Shown piece after piece: positions 11,054-24,321 of a stretch of 58,416 nucleotides of DNA. Position 1 is the stretch's first letter; every line of letters begins with the position of its first letter. Source of the stretch: Perkinsus olseni (lineage: Eukaryota); assembly GCA_013115125.1 (NCBI GenBank), contig JABANN010000167.1, positions 1-58,416 on the forward strand. Direction: 5' to 3'. Position numbers and translations under genes: made by a program. The notes under the pieces are model-generated. The model was not told where the DNA came from. It saw only the letters and a program-made list of their open reading frames with translations, and made no database searches.

Positions 11054-13612
11054 ATGTCATCTACATCCAACGGGGACCAGAAGGGTCCCAGCCCACCACA
11101 AGCACTTTCTCAGGGAGAGGCGATGAAGGGGGGAGGGGATGAGGATGGAGCTGCCAAATCCAGTGTGGTTTACATTCAACCGGTGGAGGATGGCCTCAGT
11201 CTACCTAAGCTGCTTTTCATGGAGAAGGAGTGGAGGTAAGCTCCCCATACCCGCCCTGGCTGAATGGAAGTCGGTCTTTGGTAGCTGGTCTTCGTTGGTT
11301 GTGAACATCATTCGGACACTGGGGGCCTCCCTCGAGCGGGACTCCGAGATAGATGCCATCTTCCCAGGCCAGTACATGATCGATGCCTTCAAGAGGAATC
11401 TAAGTGTAACGACGACGTCGTTAGTCGAAGGTCGCTGCAAATCTGTTGTTCTTTGCTCAGCTCAAGAACGAGCAGGATGCTAGTATCTTGTGCGAAGAGC
11501 TTGCCAAACTCGACCTCATCATGGTTAGAACTGATGGAGTGCACGAGGTAAAGATACCCCTCCCCCGGGTGGCACTCCTCCTCTCTTCAGAACGAGAGGT
11601 TCGATCCTGAGTACGACTACAGCTTGGTCTATCACCTCAAGCCGCACGTACGAATTATGCAGTTTCTTAGGCTTCCACGGCTCATCCTGTGACAGGTGCT
11701 CAACTCAGTGCGTTTCGTTCGCTCTGGTACTCCCTTCGAGGTCTGTGGTGTGGACGAGGCCGTAGCTCAAATGCAGGACGTTATTGTGAAGCTGACGAAG
11801 CGGATGAATCGTCTGAAGGTCGGTGAACAGCGGTCTTTGTTAATGTCACGGGTTGTTTGCTCTCTCAGGGTTTCTACTCTAAACTGGATGACTCCGAAGT
11901 TCTCGTCACCGACTGGCTTCTGCTGGCCGAGGATCCGGAGTATCTTAGGTCGGCTTCCTTCCAACGCAAGAGTCGCTGGATTCGTTATCACAGGTTTCAA
12001 GAGTTGACCTGCATGCTACAAGTCATCTGCGGCAGCTCTGAAGGGTCCGCAGATTCTATTCTTTTTAAAGTGGCCCAGGAGCGGCCTGAGTAGGATGCTT
12101 GCGGTCCTCCGTCGCCTTATGTCCCCTTAGGTTCTGGCGTCGCTTCACGATAGCCCTCTACCATCTGATGGTGGACCATGCCATGGCTGATCTTGGAACA
12201 GTGGCAGCCGATGCACCAACCTACACACGCTGGGAGTAGCATGCCCCTGGTTCGATACCTGTCGGGCTCACGGCTGTCATCTTGATAGATTCTTCACAAG
12301 TGTTAGCTATGATGTGGGAGGCTTCCCACTTTCTCTGCGGGACATCGAGCACGCTATACTGCGAGGGAACCAGTACCCTCCGCCGGGGGAGCTCCTGCGG
12401 GTCATGGGAAAGGACGACCCCAGAAGAGACTTTGTACTAAGTAAGCCTTCTCCCCCTCGCTCAGCTCTTAATATTCCTCCCAGATCCAGTCTACGCCGAC
12501 CCGCGAGTCCACTTCCTGCTCTCTTGCGGGGCCAAGAGCTGCCCTCCTGCTGTGTCTATTGCGAGGATGAACGACGGTAAATGGGAGTCTGTGGCTGCGG
12601 AAGCCGCTAAGAATTTTGTAAGTGTCTTCATTTCTACCTAGATCAGCGCCAGTAGCTCCTGTTGATGCAGGTAACAGACGAGAATCAAGTCCGATACGAC
12701 GCCGACAGCAACGTCCTTTACCTCAATAAAATATTCAGTTGGTACAAGAAGGACTTCGGGGGCACTGAAGCCCTGATGCTACTCAACATTCGAAGGTCGG
12801 TAATCTACGGCCTCCGATTCTACCAACCTCGGACAGGCAGCGGCAGTGGCGATCAGAACTCGCTCGTCGCTCGCGTTGGCCATCCACATCGTTAGGTACG
12901 CGGGTGAGGGCTGGGAAGTCGCGGGGAAGATTGAGGGGAAGACTCCCAAGATCAAGTACATGAAGTACGACTGGCAGCCACACGCCTCCAGGATAAAGGT
13001 CGGCAGACGCTCTTAGACACACACCCTTGTCATTTCCTCGCCTCAATAGACCTACTCGCCGGCCAAATCGGACGCCAACGCTTTCAAGATGATCTCCTCC
13101 TACCTCAAGACCAGTTTTGGCAGGCCAACTTCCCGGACACGGTAAGCCGCTGGTTGCTGTTTTATTCAGCTACGTCAGAGTGAGTCGGCCAGATACGCAG
13201 AGATCCGGCAAGAGCGTCGTGAGCTGGAGCCTTTGGAGAAGAAGGCTGCCGAAGAGTTGGAGGCGCGAATGAAGGAGATACAGGCGAAGAACGAGAAGGC
13301 TAGAGAGGAGACGGTGAGGAGAACATCCAAGCGCTTCTGGATCCATCGGCTTGGGCTGGTGAAACCCGCTGACTCTGCCGCCTTCAGGCGCGTAAGTTCC
13401 AGCTGCAAGTGGAGAAGGCCAAGGCTAGTCCGGACGGCGCGGTGGTCGTACGGTCTGAAGAGGTGGGCTTAGCTTCAAACAAGAAGGGAGAAGGGGAGGA
13501 GAGCAAGAATGATGTGGCACAGGGTGAGGGGGGGGGGAGCTCAATGGTCGGGGTCCTGCATTTCAAGATTTGTTGTGATACCTCAGATACTCCGGCGCCG
13601 CCCAAGGAATGA
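11054..13612 (+). CDS. DUF547 domain protein with possible DEP-like N-terminal domain and coiled-coil tail, multi-exon
   Basis: Motifs YHLMVDHA, YDVGGFPLSLRDIEHAILRGN, DPRVHFLLSCGAKSCPP, LNKIFSWYKKDFG, IKYMKYDW are typical of DUF547. Stop is either at 13016 or, via further splicing, at 13612. Confidence 0.8.
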
Positions 13613-13763
13613 GGTCACGGCCGGTCCTAATTCTGGAATTTCTTTCGTTTTTTGGCCCCCCCCTTACAGCCCGGAGCCAATCGCCTGTTGCGTTCGACTC
13701 GTCTAGGGTTCTACTGTCGTCATCATCATCATCAGTAGTTGTACTGCCTCCGCCTGCCTCGGT

Positions 13764-14716
13764 ATGGTCCTACCACGGTACACCCTGGGGTTCCTCCTAC
13801 TCTACAGCCTGGATCGGAGGGGGCAGTCCTGCTTGGCGGCCACGGCACGTCCTGCCTACTCGAACGCTACTGAGGAGATAGCTCTCCCAGAGGCCCTCAA
13901 AGGGCGCAGCCTGCCCAGGCCAGTGAGGGGAATCCAACGCCATCAACTAGCACCGGGCTCGGTGGTGGACCTCATGGTCGATGTTGGTAGGCACCATCCT
14001 CTCTTGCTGTTGTGCAGACTTCTCCTGCTGCTTCAGGTGAGGTCATAGAGATATCTTTGGTGGGCAACCCTACTACAGGCTACAGCTGGCAGGATGCGGA
14101 TCGCCGCGGCCGTGCTGCTGCTGGTGGTGGTGGTCGCTCACCCGAGTTGGCAGCTGATCCCGAGGCCCCTCACAGACCTCAGGGCGGGCAGGAGATATCA
14201 TCCAAGAACGGATTCGGAGGGCCTCCAGCAGGTGTAGAAAAGACCTCAATGGTCGTAGAATACTTAGCTCAATTTTATAAGGTAGCCAGTAGAGGGCTAG
14301 GCTTGGCTTGGCCGCCGCTGGTGCTGGTCACTACATTCTCGCCTTGCAGGTCAATCCTCATCCCCTAGGTTACGTAGGCACGGGCGGCATTTATTATTTT
14401 TATTATCAAGTGAGCGGCCCTCTTGTGGCGTCCTCGCCCGCCTACTGCTGGTGGTGGTCAGGCCCTGAGGCCCGGCAGCTGCCAGCTTCGGTTCGTCTAC
14501 ACCAGGCCGTGGGAGCACGTCCCTATCCCTGAGGAACACTACGCCCGAGCTAACGTCAGGGTCCATAGTACCACGGCAGCCGGCGATGGTTGCGGTGGCG
14601 GCCGGGAGAAGGCTGAGAGGGTCGAGGTTCCGGAGGACTCAAGCGGACATCAAGTATGGTTGGAGTCAGTGTCTGCCGATTCACGATGCTCTCCTCAGAT
14701 GTACGTGATGTCCTGA
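13764..14716 (+). CDS. Chagasin-family (MEROPS I42) cysteine peptidase inhibitor, multi-exon
   Basis: The three I42 loop motifs in order: ISLVGNPTTGYSW, GYVGTGG, LRFVYTRPWE. Hydrophobic N-terminus (MVLPRYTLGFLLLYSL). Confidence 0.88.
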
Positions 14717-15200
14717 TGCTGGTTAGGACAAGAAGCTATTAGAGCATTTATTGTTTGACTCCTGATGGGGCTGCTGCTCCGGCTGCCCTCATCCTCCTCA
14801 CTGCCACTCGTAGCAGTATCAACGTTGACCAAGCCAGAATACTCGCCGTTGCAGACTAGATAGGCCTTGCAGAAGCCGTACCAGTAGCTATGTCTCCATC
14901 GCCTTCACTCCTGTGTTTTTCCGCTGGTTCCTCCTCTCCCTCCTCTTGGTGGTGCCGCCAGCAGCAGCAGCAGCAGCTCGTCTTCAACAACGAGGCCATC
15001 CTAGTGTTGTTGTTGTTGTCTCTATACTTAGAGTCCCTTGTTGTTGCCCTTGCCATACTTGTGATGTCTACGACTGTGATGATTAGATAACTCATGCTTG
15101 CTGATCCCTTTCCTGCCACCGATGCTGTTGAGTGCTCCTTGCCTCCCCTCCCTGGTCAGCTTAGTATCACAGTGTCGGCTACCGGCCATACATCCCCTCC

Positions 15201-17657
15201 ATGACCGACCATCACTCCCCGAGACGTTGTCCGGGCGAGGCGGGAATAGGGGTAGGTGTCTACAGGGCTCCGTGCTGAGGACGACTCCGCTATGCTTCTA
15301 GACTACGCCCCTCCAGCAGCTCTCACGGTTGGCGTGTAGCAATCTGATGCAGGGCCTCCTCGGCGCGATATCGGCGGTGGACGGTATTCGGGTAGGTCGT
15401 CAAAACTCGTAGTAGCTCACAGTACCTCGCCGGCAGGCCCGATTGACCTTCCCGCCGTCTCTCCGAGATGATGCCTCGACGAAGCTAGACAATGACGCAG
15501 TGGACGGTGATGACACAGATTGGATGATGAACGAGCTCATATTCCTAGAGCAGACTCTAGCAGTGAGCTCCTCTATGATGAGCACGCGTGCCATCGCCCT
15601 ACTGCCTGTCGCAGGACCATGCATTAGCGGTGTCATCGCTGACTGATAAGGTCAGAGTCCTGCTGGATATCTCGGAAGACCGTCATTATCATCATCACCT
15701 ATCATCGCAACAGCCCAACGGTATGGCAGGACCTGCTCACAGCGTAATGCTACGAACTGCCGAACCCGAAGAGTTAAGTGTCTACTGCAGGTATCTGACG
15801 TGAGTCCTGTTCTCGAGAAGTCCAGCTGCGAGGTTCTCAAGTCCACGACCCATGATAGGAAGAGCGCAGCGCCACAAGTACTCAACCCGACCGCTCCCTT
15901 CGCTGTTCGAGCGGCTTCGAGCTGCTTGGTCTGATATCTACTGTCGCCAGGTCGGTGAAGGCTGCCCGGCGCTAGGTAGAGGACACAGGGCCGATGAGGA
16001 AGGTGAGAGGTAGCTGACGAGGCTTCGTAGCAAGAGCGTATGCCTTGACAGGGATCCCGGCCCCGCGGCTGAGTTGTGGTGACAACTCCCCCGCCAGTAC
16101 AGTCATTGTCATCGACGACGAGCCTCCAGTGGAAGAGGCCCCAGCACCGCCGCCGCCCCGTCCACAAGCGTCGCCGGAAAGCTCCCATGAGTCTCATCCG
16201 CCGGAGCCTGTTCGCCTCAGCAAGGTGCGATTGGTGAATTCATCGTGCCCTGTGGCCACTGGTGCGTAGAACATCTCGCAAGTACTCCTTTAGGCAGCCA
16301 AGAAGCGTCGTCGAAAGGCGAGAGCTAGGCAGCGACAGCGAGCGATCATGGAACTCGTGAACCGGGAGAAGGCGGGCGAAGATCTTAGTGAATTCGAAGG
16401 TTCGTTCTCGTGTGCCTTCGGCAGTGCTGCTAGAGTGTCCTTCTTAGTTGACGTCCTGGAGAGCTTCCTGAATGATGAGGTTCCCCTTCCCCCCTCTGGC
16501 CTACCGCCGGAGCTGCTCAGAATGGCCAGAGAGCTGTGCGAGGAGTGGGAGCGGCAGCAGGTGAGACTACACCGGCGTACGTTCCACAACCCTGCGGACT
16601 GTCACAGATGCAACAGGAGGACAAGCTCGAGGAAGTAGAATACTTCATGATGGATCTCGCCGACGCCCGACAGATCGAGGAGGGGGCGGCGGCCCGGCGC
16701 AACGGAGTGCCGACCGACGCAACGGGAGCTCCTGACCGAAGACAGCAGCAGTAGGGAGTCGCGCCAGTGCCGGGCATTTCCGATGCGGCATTTCTCAGGA
16801 TTCTTCCTTCGGCAGCACTAGGCGTCCCCGAGCCCGCCATCAGCCGGCCCTCGACGTCATCGCATTTGCCTGCTGAGGATGAAAATCTCACGGCAATTGC
16901 TGATGCCTCTCGCGGTGAGTCAGGGTCCGGTATTATATATCCTCATGACCGCGGTGGGAGAGCATCCTCCGAGGCTCGAGGGTCGCCTTAACTGTTGAAC
17001 CTCAGGAGGGATACCAGTCTGGAACGAATGGGAGACGCTCGGGCAAGTAGCGTGGAAGATTGAGGACATGCTAGAGGAGGTCGTCCCGCCTCCTGCAGCG
17101 ACGAAGCGCGATCGAGTAGGTATCATTCCACCGGCTTCCGTGGAGTACCACTACTGCTGGTCAAAGTGAGCTTCCCTCAGCCCAGCGGCATCACCGATGC
17201 GCGGCCGCCGAGGGTTCGCAGGGCCGGCTCAGGAGAGATGAAGATTGAGATACGGCGGACGTTGAAGGCGGTTAGGGAAGGTCACTTCACGCGATGCTGT
17301 CGAGCCTCTTCAGGCCTTTGCTTCCTCAGGTGTTGACAGCCTACCGCGGCGGCCGTCAGCAAATCAACGATTACTCGAACTGCGATCGGTGAGCGTAGAA
17401 TGTGAACACGGGGAGTAGTATGGTTCGTGTTTTATTGCTGACAGGTCATGGACTGCCTCGAGGACTCCATGTACAGTGCAGGAGAGAATGATCCATCCGC
17501 TCCTCCTAGGGCTGTCGTGGATATGTTAAGAGCTACTTTAGAGAAGATGTGGCCGCGGTCGAGCGCCCAGAATGAGTGTCGACCGTCCTCGGAAAGACGA
17601 CCTCCTCCTAAACGGCGGGGGCGGACAGGCATCCGTGAAATAATCATACCCGGATAA
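15201..17657 (+). CDS. Multi-exon hypothetical protein
   Basis: Consecutive plus-strand protein-like exons bounded by GT/AG (e.g. WMMNELIFLEQTLA, VDVLESFLNDEVPLPPSGLPPELLRMARELCEEWERQQ, EDKLEEVEYFMMDL). Start and end uncertain. Confidence 0.45.
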
Positions 17658-17983
17658 TCCGGTTTCACCCCTGGCAAGTTTACTCACGTTATCTCGATAA
17701 GAATACATTATAGCTACTCATCGTTTCATGTCGAGTAGTTGTGGTGTTGAAGGCAAAGAGCCGTAGTCGAGGGCGCTCTGGGAGGGACACAGACACCGTC
17801 AACGCTCGAAGGGATCTTGCTCCGCTGCAGTGTAGCAGCACCTATCCTCGCTCCGAGGGAACCGAATTGAGATATAACGTATCAGTCGGCACTCGGCTGG
17901 TTAATCCACAGTCGATACATGTGAGTGTTCGCTCTCATTACTCATCATAACACAACACGACTCTGAATGTCAATGGTACAAGC

Positions 17984-18859
17984 TTAGACCGCGGCCCTTA
18001 TTCTTCCAATCTGCCCGGGACGGGGCTGGGAATTATTCAACCGAGGAGCTAGAAGGGCAGTCTCGGACGGCTTTGGAAGGCTCGTAGTGCTGTTCGGGGC
18101 TGATGCTGGGGGCTTTGCGGAACTTGCGGCTAGGTCTCTCCAGCTAGGTGGACGCGACTTACCGAGCTGAGAATTGCCGCCTACACCGAGACTTTTGATA
18201 CCGGGAACTCGCCGTGAGGGTGTACCGCTGGTAGAACATGGGCTCGGAGATGTTGCGACGCTCGTCGACTTCAATGGGCGATCCGTCGATGGATCATATG
18301 CAGTAGCAGCTGATGCTCCGGATGTCCCCCTCTTGAGGGTGTCCTTCACCTCTCGCTCGATGTTCGCGATACGCTCATCCATCGCATGCAAATCTGCCAG
18401 TATCCGTTCGCTCTCCACCGACAGCCGAGGCGCTGCCAGGGTCCACTCGGGTTGGCCATCCTCGGGTCTCGCCGACCGCGTAAGATACGGAGACAAGTCA
18501 ACATGACATTCAGGCAGCTTCTTCTGTTGAGGAGGTGACCGATAGTTCCCGCTAGGGGCCGAACCGGTCGTCCTAGGAGGGGACGGAGTCGAAGAGACGC
18601 AGCCTTTATTGTAGATCGACCTTGGTCGCTCTCGCGGTGCATCGTTCGGTGACAGCTCGACGGTAGGCGTTGACCGCATATGGCGAGGGCTACCATTTAG
18701 AGAGGAGCCTGGCGATGACCGTCTTTGTTCCTTTACAGCGGCAGTCAACCGGCGTAGCCTATCTTCGATACGCCGAAACCTCTGCTGGTAAACGAGTGGT
18801 AGACGACTTGGCGGTAGCCTGTCACTGAGATGGGAGAAATCATCGACTGCGGGATCCAT
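17984..18859 (-). CDS. Hypothetical Ser/Pro-rich protein with short coiled coils
   Basis: 346-aa ORF (17984-19024). Likely start is MDPAVDDF at 18859, because the upstream ATG overlaps the stop of the RAP gene. Coiled-coil-like RFRRIEDRLRRLTAAV and LHAMDERIANIEREVKDTLK. Confidence 0.6.
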   Translation of the reverse strand: MDPAVDDFSHLSDRLPPSRLPLVYQQRFRRIEDRLRRLTAAVKEQRRSSPGSSLNGSPRHMRSTPTVELSPNDAPRERPRSIYNKGCVSSTPSPPRTTGSAPSGNYRSPPQQKKLPECHVDLSPYLTRSARPEDGQPEWTLAAPRLSVESERILADLHAMDERIANIEREVKDTLKRGTSGASAATAYDPSTDRPLKSTSVATSPSPCSTSGTPSRRVPGIKSLGVGGNSQLGKSRPPSWRDLAASSAKPPASAPNSTTSLPKPSETALLAPRLNNSQPRPGQIGRIRAAV

Positions 18860-19020
18860 GAAAACCGAAGAACAGAACCCTGGAACACAAGTGCCGACAG
18901 ACGGTCCAATCCTCCCCGATCGCCGCCGCAAGCCGAGCGAGCATTCAGCCGAGAAATGCATGAACAAGAGCCAGCTCTTCCTCAGATGTCCCCCAATGAT
19001 AACAGCGCAACAACTAGAAT

Positions 19021-21563
19021 TCATGCCGAAACAGGTTTCAGAAACACGGCCTCCTCGCCCTTCAGCGTTGCGGTGATCTCCCTTCTCAGCAGCTCTCTAC
19101 GATTGGGACGAAGAGTGGACTTCCATGAATTAGTGTCGATAGAGAGGAGCTGATACCCCCGCAGCCTCACTATCCGACGCAGCAGCTCAGTCTTCCCGTC
19201 CTGACCTAGTCGCCGAGAGCCATCGCTCTCAACACAGTGGACGAAGTGAGCCGCCCCGTCAGCCTCTATCAGCAGCTTGGGCTGCCTCGTCGTCTTGTCG
19301 ACCAGAGCAAGGTCACATACAACGCCGGGGACATCCGACGACAAATCATACTCGGATACCACCTCCCAACGAGGATAGAGATCGCTTACGAGAGGCACGA
19401 GCTCTCTCAAGACCTCATCCTGGAAGGAGCTACTGACGGGCAGCGCACTGCTGGTCGCCTCGGCTGCAGCCCTGGCCGCTAGGTCGACCTCAGTCTGGCC
19501 ACGGAGTCGGAAGTTGTGCTGGGCCGTTGCCCATTCAACCGCCCTGTACAGACGAATGAGGGCTGCGGATTGTAGGGAGACTGTTGCGCAGCGAGCTAAG
19601 ACGTCGCGCAGGAATGTTTCGTCGAAGAGGTTGAGAACCGCCATGGACCACACCAGCACCGGTAGATCATTATCAGGGAGTTCCGCCATCACCCTCTCAC
19701 CCATAACTTGCCGGAGAACTCCACGCGCAGCTTCGGTTCGATGGGAGTTCGACGCGACTGCCCAAAGGAATACCGGTAGATGACTGTAGTCGCTGGTCGT
19801 CGACCGTTGTCTGAGCACCCTTGCAGCCAGCGAACAACACTTCTCCTGGAGCTCGTAGTGGGACAGGCGGAGCGTAGCAAGAGCCCACACAATAGAGGCG
19901 AGGTCAGCAAGGTCCACGTCTGATGCCCCTACCTGGCCCCATCGGCTGGCCACTGCATCAGCGAATCTCAGCGCTGCCTCCGGGAACTCGGAAAGAACTT
20001 GGCGAGGGCTGGTGGCATTAGCGATACCCCGCAGTATGCTTCCCGCAACCTGTGGGGTCAGATGCTCCGCCCTGGACCCCACCCAGTCGGCGATGGCGAC
20101 CACTCGAGCCTGTGTGCCGGGCACTCGTGACAGCGGCCCGACCAGCTTAGACACGCCTCTCACGTCAGCGTCAGTCCACTCCGCCTTCAAGCCTCTAACC
20201 TCTGCTATACAGCTGACCAGTCTCGGGAAATCCTGGCTGAGCCCTAGGCCGACGATGCCCGACAGGATTGGGGCTTGGACTTGAGGCCGCGCCGTAGACA
20301 AGGCGTCCCGATCGACTTTCGTCAAGAGGACCGAAGCAAGCCTCTTGACCTTAGGCGAAGGGCCAGCAAGACTTGCCCAGAGGACGCTGCCGAGGACGGG
20401 CAAGGGTAGGGGCTCAGGGCACTTCACTACGGTGTTGTTGAGGGATTCGAGCAGATGGTCAAGGCCTCGAGAAGCTGTTGAATGACACCCAAGGAGGCTC
20501 CCCACCGCCCGGCTGAGGTTCGCTAGCAGCTGGGGATCGAAGTCCTGCTCCTGGTCTTCCAGTAGGCTGATGATACGCGTGATGACGTCCTCCGGAAGCG
20601 CCTTCTGACGCTTAGCGTGGGCAGTAACGAGCGTAGCTAGATCGACTAAGCCGACTTCAGTAGCATCCACATGGCCGATGTCGGCGCCCGGTTGCGGGGT
20701 ATTGGGACCGCGGAGGATGCGTGTCTGTGCTCCCACAATCTGGGACTTCTGATGATCGTTGAAGGCGGACATATAGACCCGCCGGGTGAATTCTTGAAGC
20801 AGACCGACGACACAGGGCTGACCATCAAACATGTAGCCCAAACTCCTCATAACGACGATGTGACTGGCAGGCTGTATCGGCTCGCCTGCGTTGCGGATCC
20901 TCCTCAACCAGTCCGAGGCCAAGGCCGCTACAAAACCAGCGTCTGTCCCACCACATTTGGCAACACCGTAAGCTACATTAGCAACAGCGGCGGCCGGCAT
21001 CGACTCAAGCCCTAACCGATCCTGGCAGTGCCGGGCTATAAGTGTCATCTCCGCGGCCCAGGGCAACTCCAGTCGGCCGATGGACTGGGCGATCTCGCCA
21101 AGAGCTCGCCCTTGAATCCTCGACAAGCTGTCCTCGTCGATTCTGCCCCTCAGGACCGCACAGAGGCCATCGACGGCATCACGGTTGGCCTTGACGAATT
21201 CAGGACTGTGTGCGAGCTCCCCGAGAAGCTCCCGGACGAGCCTGATGTTGGGCGGCCTTTCTGGGAGGATTTCTGTGAGGTTTCTGCAGAATCCTCGGGC
21301 CGAAAGTAGACTCTCGTCGCCGCCTCGACGCAGAGATTTCACCAACTTCTTCTGAATGGTGTACTCGTAGCCTCTCGGGAGGTCGGCAGCTACCGACGGG
21401 CGAGAACCTGCGAGAGAGAGGAACGGAGCTGTCTTAAGCACAGCGTGATGAACGAGCTGCTGAGCTCACCTGGCTGCCGAGCTACAGCTGTCGAGAGTGG
21501 CCTCATCGCTGACAGGAGCGCGTTCCGTGAGGAATTGGCTGAAGGGAGGAGGGGAGAAAGCAT
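19021..21563 (-). CDS. Helical-repeat (FASTK/OPR/HPR-like) protein with C-terminal RAP domain, copy 1
   Basis: 806-aa ORF plus first exon MLSPLLPSANSSRNALLSAMRPLSTAVARQP joined in frame through intron 21469-21408 (gtgagc...tcgcag). C-terminus SSFQDEV...EY...CDLALV...LIEADGAAHF...GKTELLRRIVRLRGYQLLSIDTNSW is a RAP domain. Confidence 0.9.
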
Positions 21564-21657
21564 CGAGGGCGGGAATAACGACTTCACTGCGAGGGATTTA
21601 CCAATGCTTTCACCTGGTAGAGGTACCATAACACAGAGAATGAAGGGCTCAGAAACG

Positions 21658-24188
21658 TCACATTGATTGCAGAAACTTTTCTTGTGGTAGCAGTCGAGCC
21701 TTCACAATGGACTCAACATACTCCTGACGACTGTTCCGATCCAGCCGCTTCCAGTGAGTAAAGCAGATCTCTTCAACGGGGTACCCCAGCCGCCTTAGAG
21801 AGTTCCGCCGCATCACGGCCTTCCCACATAAAGTATGGCTCGACCCTGACTCCTTGCCTACACTGCGGACGTAGTGCGACGGTCCATTGGCCTCGATGAT
21901 CAGTACAAGCTGCTGCTGCTGATGGTGGTGTTGAAGCCCATCGGTGACTTCATGACGAACCACTGCCAAGTCAACAATAACCCCTGGACATCCCAGATGA
22001 GAGAGGTCCAGCTCTGGGACCACTCTATAGTCGTCGTTGCTGCCCATTGCCCGTCTTATGCATTCAGTAACCTGGTCCTGGAAGGCGCTATCGACAACAG
22101 TGGCCTCGCTCCGGGCTGACTCTGCCGCTCTCTGAAACAGCCCGGCTACCATAGGTGACGGGTCGAAGCCGTGCGAGGACGACCACAGGGAGACCTGGTT
22201 AATCTTCTGTAAGGCAACACCATCAAGCTCAGCCGTAGCTGCTGCCGATAGTAGCACATCTAGCACTCGCCGGCCGAAGACGTCCAAGGCTGCCAGAGAC
22301 CACGCCACGTGGAAAGAATCCGCCGCCACGAAACGATACTTTCTGGAGCAAACCTGGGCTACAACTTCCTCTATCAGTTCATTAGCATAATTAGAAGAAT
22401 GGCAGTTGGAGGCGAGACCCCATAGGAGCATAGAGAGGTGGGCGCTGCTGATGCCGGGGCCGAGCAGGAGCTCTCTGGCCTCGTGGCAGCACTGCTCTTC
22501 AAGCACTTGGTGGGAGAGTCGTAGAGTGGCTAGGGACCACGCAACCAATGCTAGCTCTTGCTGGTTGAAGTGGAAAACGCAGTCAGGACCCTTCGCGGAG
22601 GCATCGAGAAACTTGAGGAGGTCGGCAGAGTCCCAAAGGGAACCCTGCTGGGCCTCAGGGGTTGAAGCCGCGCACCACAACAGCTTCACGAAGGCTTCAG
22701 TGTTGGCTCCCCTCTCGGCGGCCCACTCCAAGAGGGGCTGGACATCTCGGAACGGTCGTCCGGCAATAGACCAAGCCAGTTGCCCCACGGCGTGGATGTG
22801 GGTGGCGTCAGCTGGCCACTCGTAGATGCTCTCTCGCACTCTCTGTAGTGCGCTATTGACGAAGGAATTCTCCAAGGCTTCCAGGCCTCCGGTCTGGGCC
22901 AAAGCAGCCATGCAGACAGCTAGGTCTTGGGCTGTGTACCCTAGGATTCGCTCCGGGGTGTGGGGCAAGAGGTACTCGGCCGATGCGATGACCTCGTCTC
23001 TACTGAGGAGCAGGGCTGCTGACCAAAGAATGTTGGAGACCTCCTGCGGAGTGAACCCTCCTTGGCGAGCCTCCAAGACCAGACCCATCAGACTGCCCAC
23101 CAGACAGGCAGCTGAGGATTTCACCACTTCGCCATGCTGCTTCGTCAACGTCGCTGATGCCCAGCAGCTACTAGCAATAGTCTGCGTAGAGACACGCCCT
23201 CTCTGGGCAGCTCTCAGCGACGCCATCGCGACCTTGAAGATCTCATCATGAGGCGGTTCCGTGGCGACATAGGCGTAGCCGGAGAGTACCGATGCGCACT
23301 CTCTAATGCCGAAGTCAGCTAGCAGACCCGGATGCTCCCGAGCCTTCGAGAAAAGCTCTGTCACGTAGGGTGCATCAGGGGCGAGCTTGCCAAGTGACCA
23401 GAAGATCATCGCCGTTGCTGATGCAGGCACAGTCGCGACACTACGCGACAGCCACGTTGCTGCAGCCTCGCGGAGGAAGGCTTCATCGCGGACACCGGTG
23501 CGTGCAGCGGCCCAGCAGATATTGGACACAACTCCCCCAGCGGTACTGCCAACACCAAGCCCAGTCCGGCACTGTAACATCACATGGCGGACCTCCTCGT
23601 GCCAGTCTAGGTCCAGCTTCGCTATAGCGCATGCAACGTTGCTGAGTTGGCTCGAGGAAGCACTGTCGAGCAAAGGTGTGATGGAGGGCCTCAGCATGGT
23701 CAAGAGGCGGGCGCGTGAGGGAGTGGCCCCTCCGGCCATACCGATAGACCACAGAGAATCCGCCACTTCATTGATGGTTATACTAGTAGACTGCAGAGCT
23801 TCTGAGAGTTCTTCACATAACGCATCGACAAGGTCGGGTTGAGTATTGTGGAAGTGCTTGACTAGACGGTGCAGCGACGTGGCCAACAACTGCAGGCGGT
23901 GGGTGGTGGGGCTTGGGCCAGGGGGAGGGAGGGCTGCTTGCTGGCAGATGGACAGTACGTCTGAGAGAGGGCCGATGGGAACAAGGAAGCCGACGGAGGG
24001 ATGACGAGGAGCTCACCAGACTTCTTCTTATGTCGACTGGCGTCCAGTAGGACCTTCCGCAGCTGGAAAGGGTCGCTGATAGTTGAAGGGCGAGGCCTAG
24101 TGGCTACGGTAGCGGCTGCCGTAGCAAATTGCCGAGCCGATCGCGAGAGGGCACACCGTCGGACGGCTGCGGACGAGGTTGACGCCAT
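21658..24188 (-). CDS. Helical-repeat protein with C-terminal RAP domain, copy 2
   Basis: 743-aa ORF plus first exon MASTSSAAVRRCALSRSARQFATAAA...KKKS joined in frame through intron 24016-23961. RAP motif VDLAVV...IIEANGPSHY...MRRNSLRRLGYPVEEICFTHW. Confidence 0.9.
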
Positions 24189-24321
24189 AATGTCTAGCTG
24201 CAGGAGGGAGCGATCGAGGGCCAGCAGCGTGGGAGGCTGCAGATGGAAGAGTTCCTCCTCAACCCGAAGCCTTTAGGGAGACGATGAAACGGTGGCGATC
24301 AGAAACACTGCAATTTTGAGC

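Noticed and set aside
19021-19024. ATGA start/stop overlap suggesting translational coupling
   Set aside because: A prokaryotic mechanism; a downstream Met at 18859 is the more plausible start.
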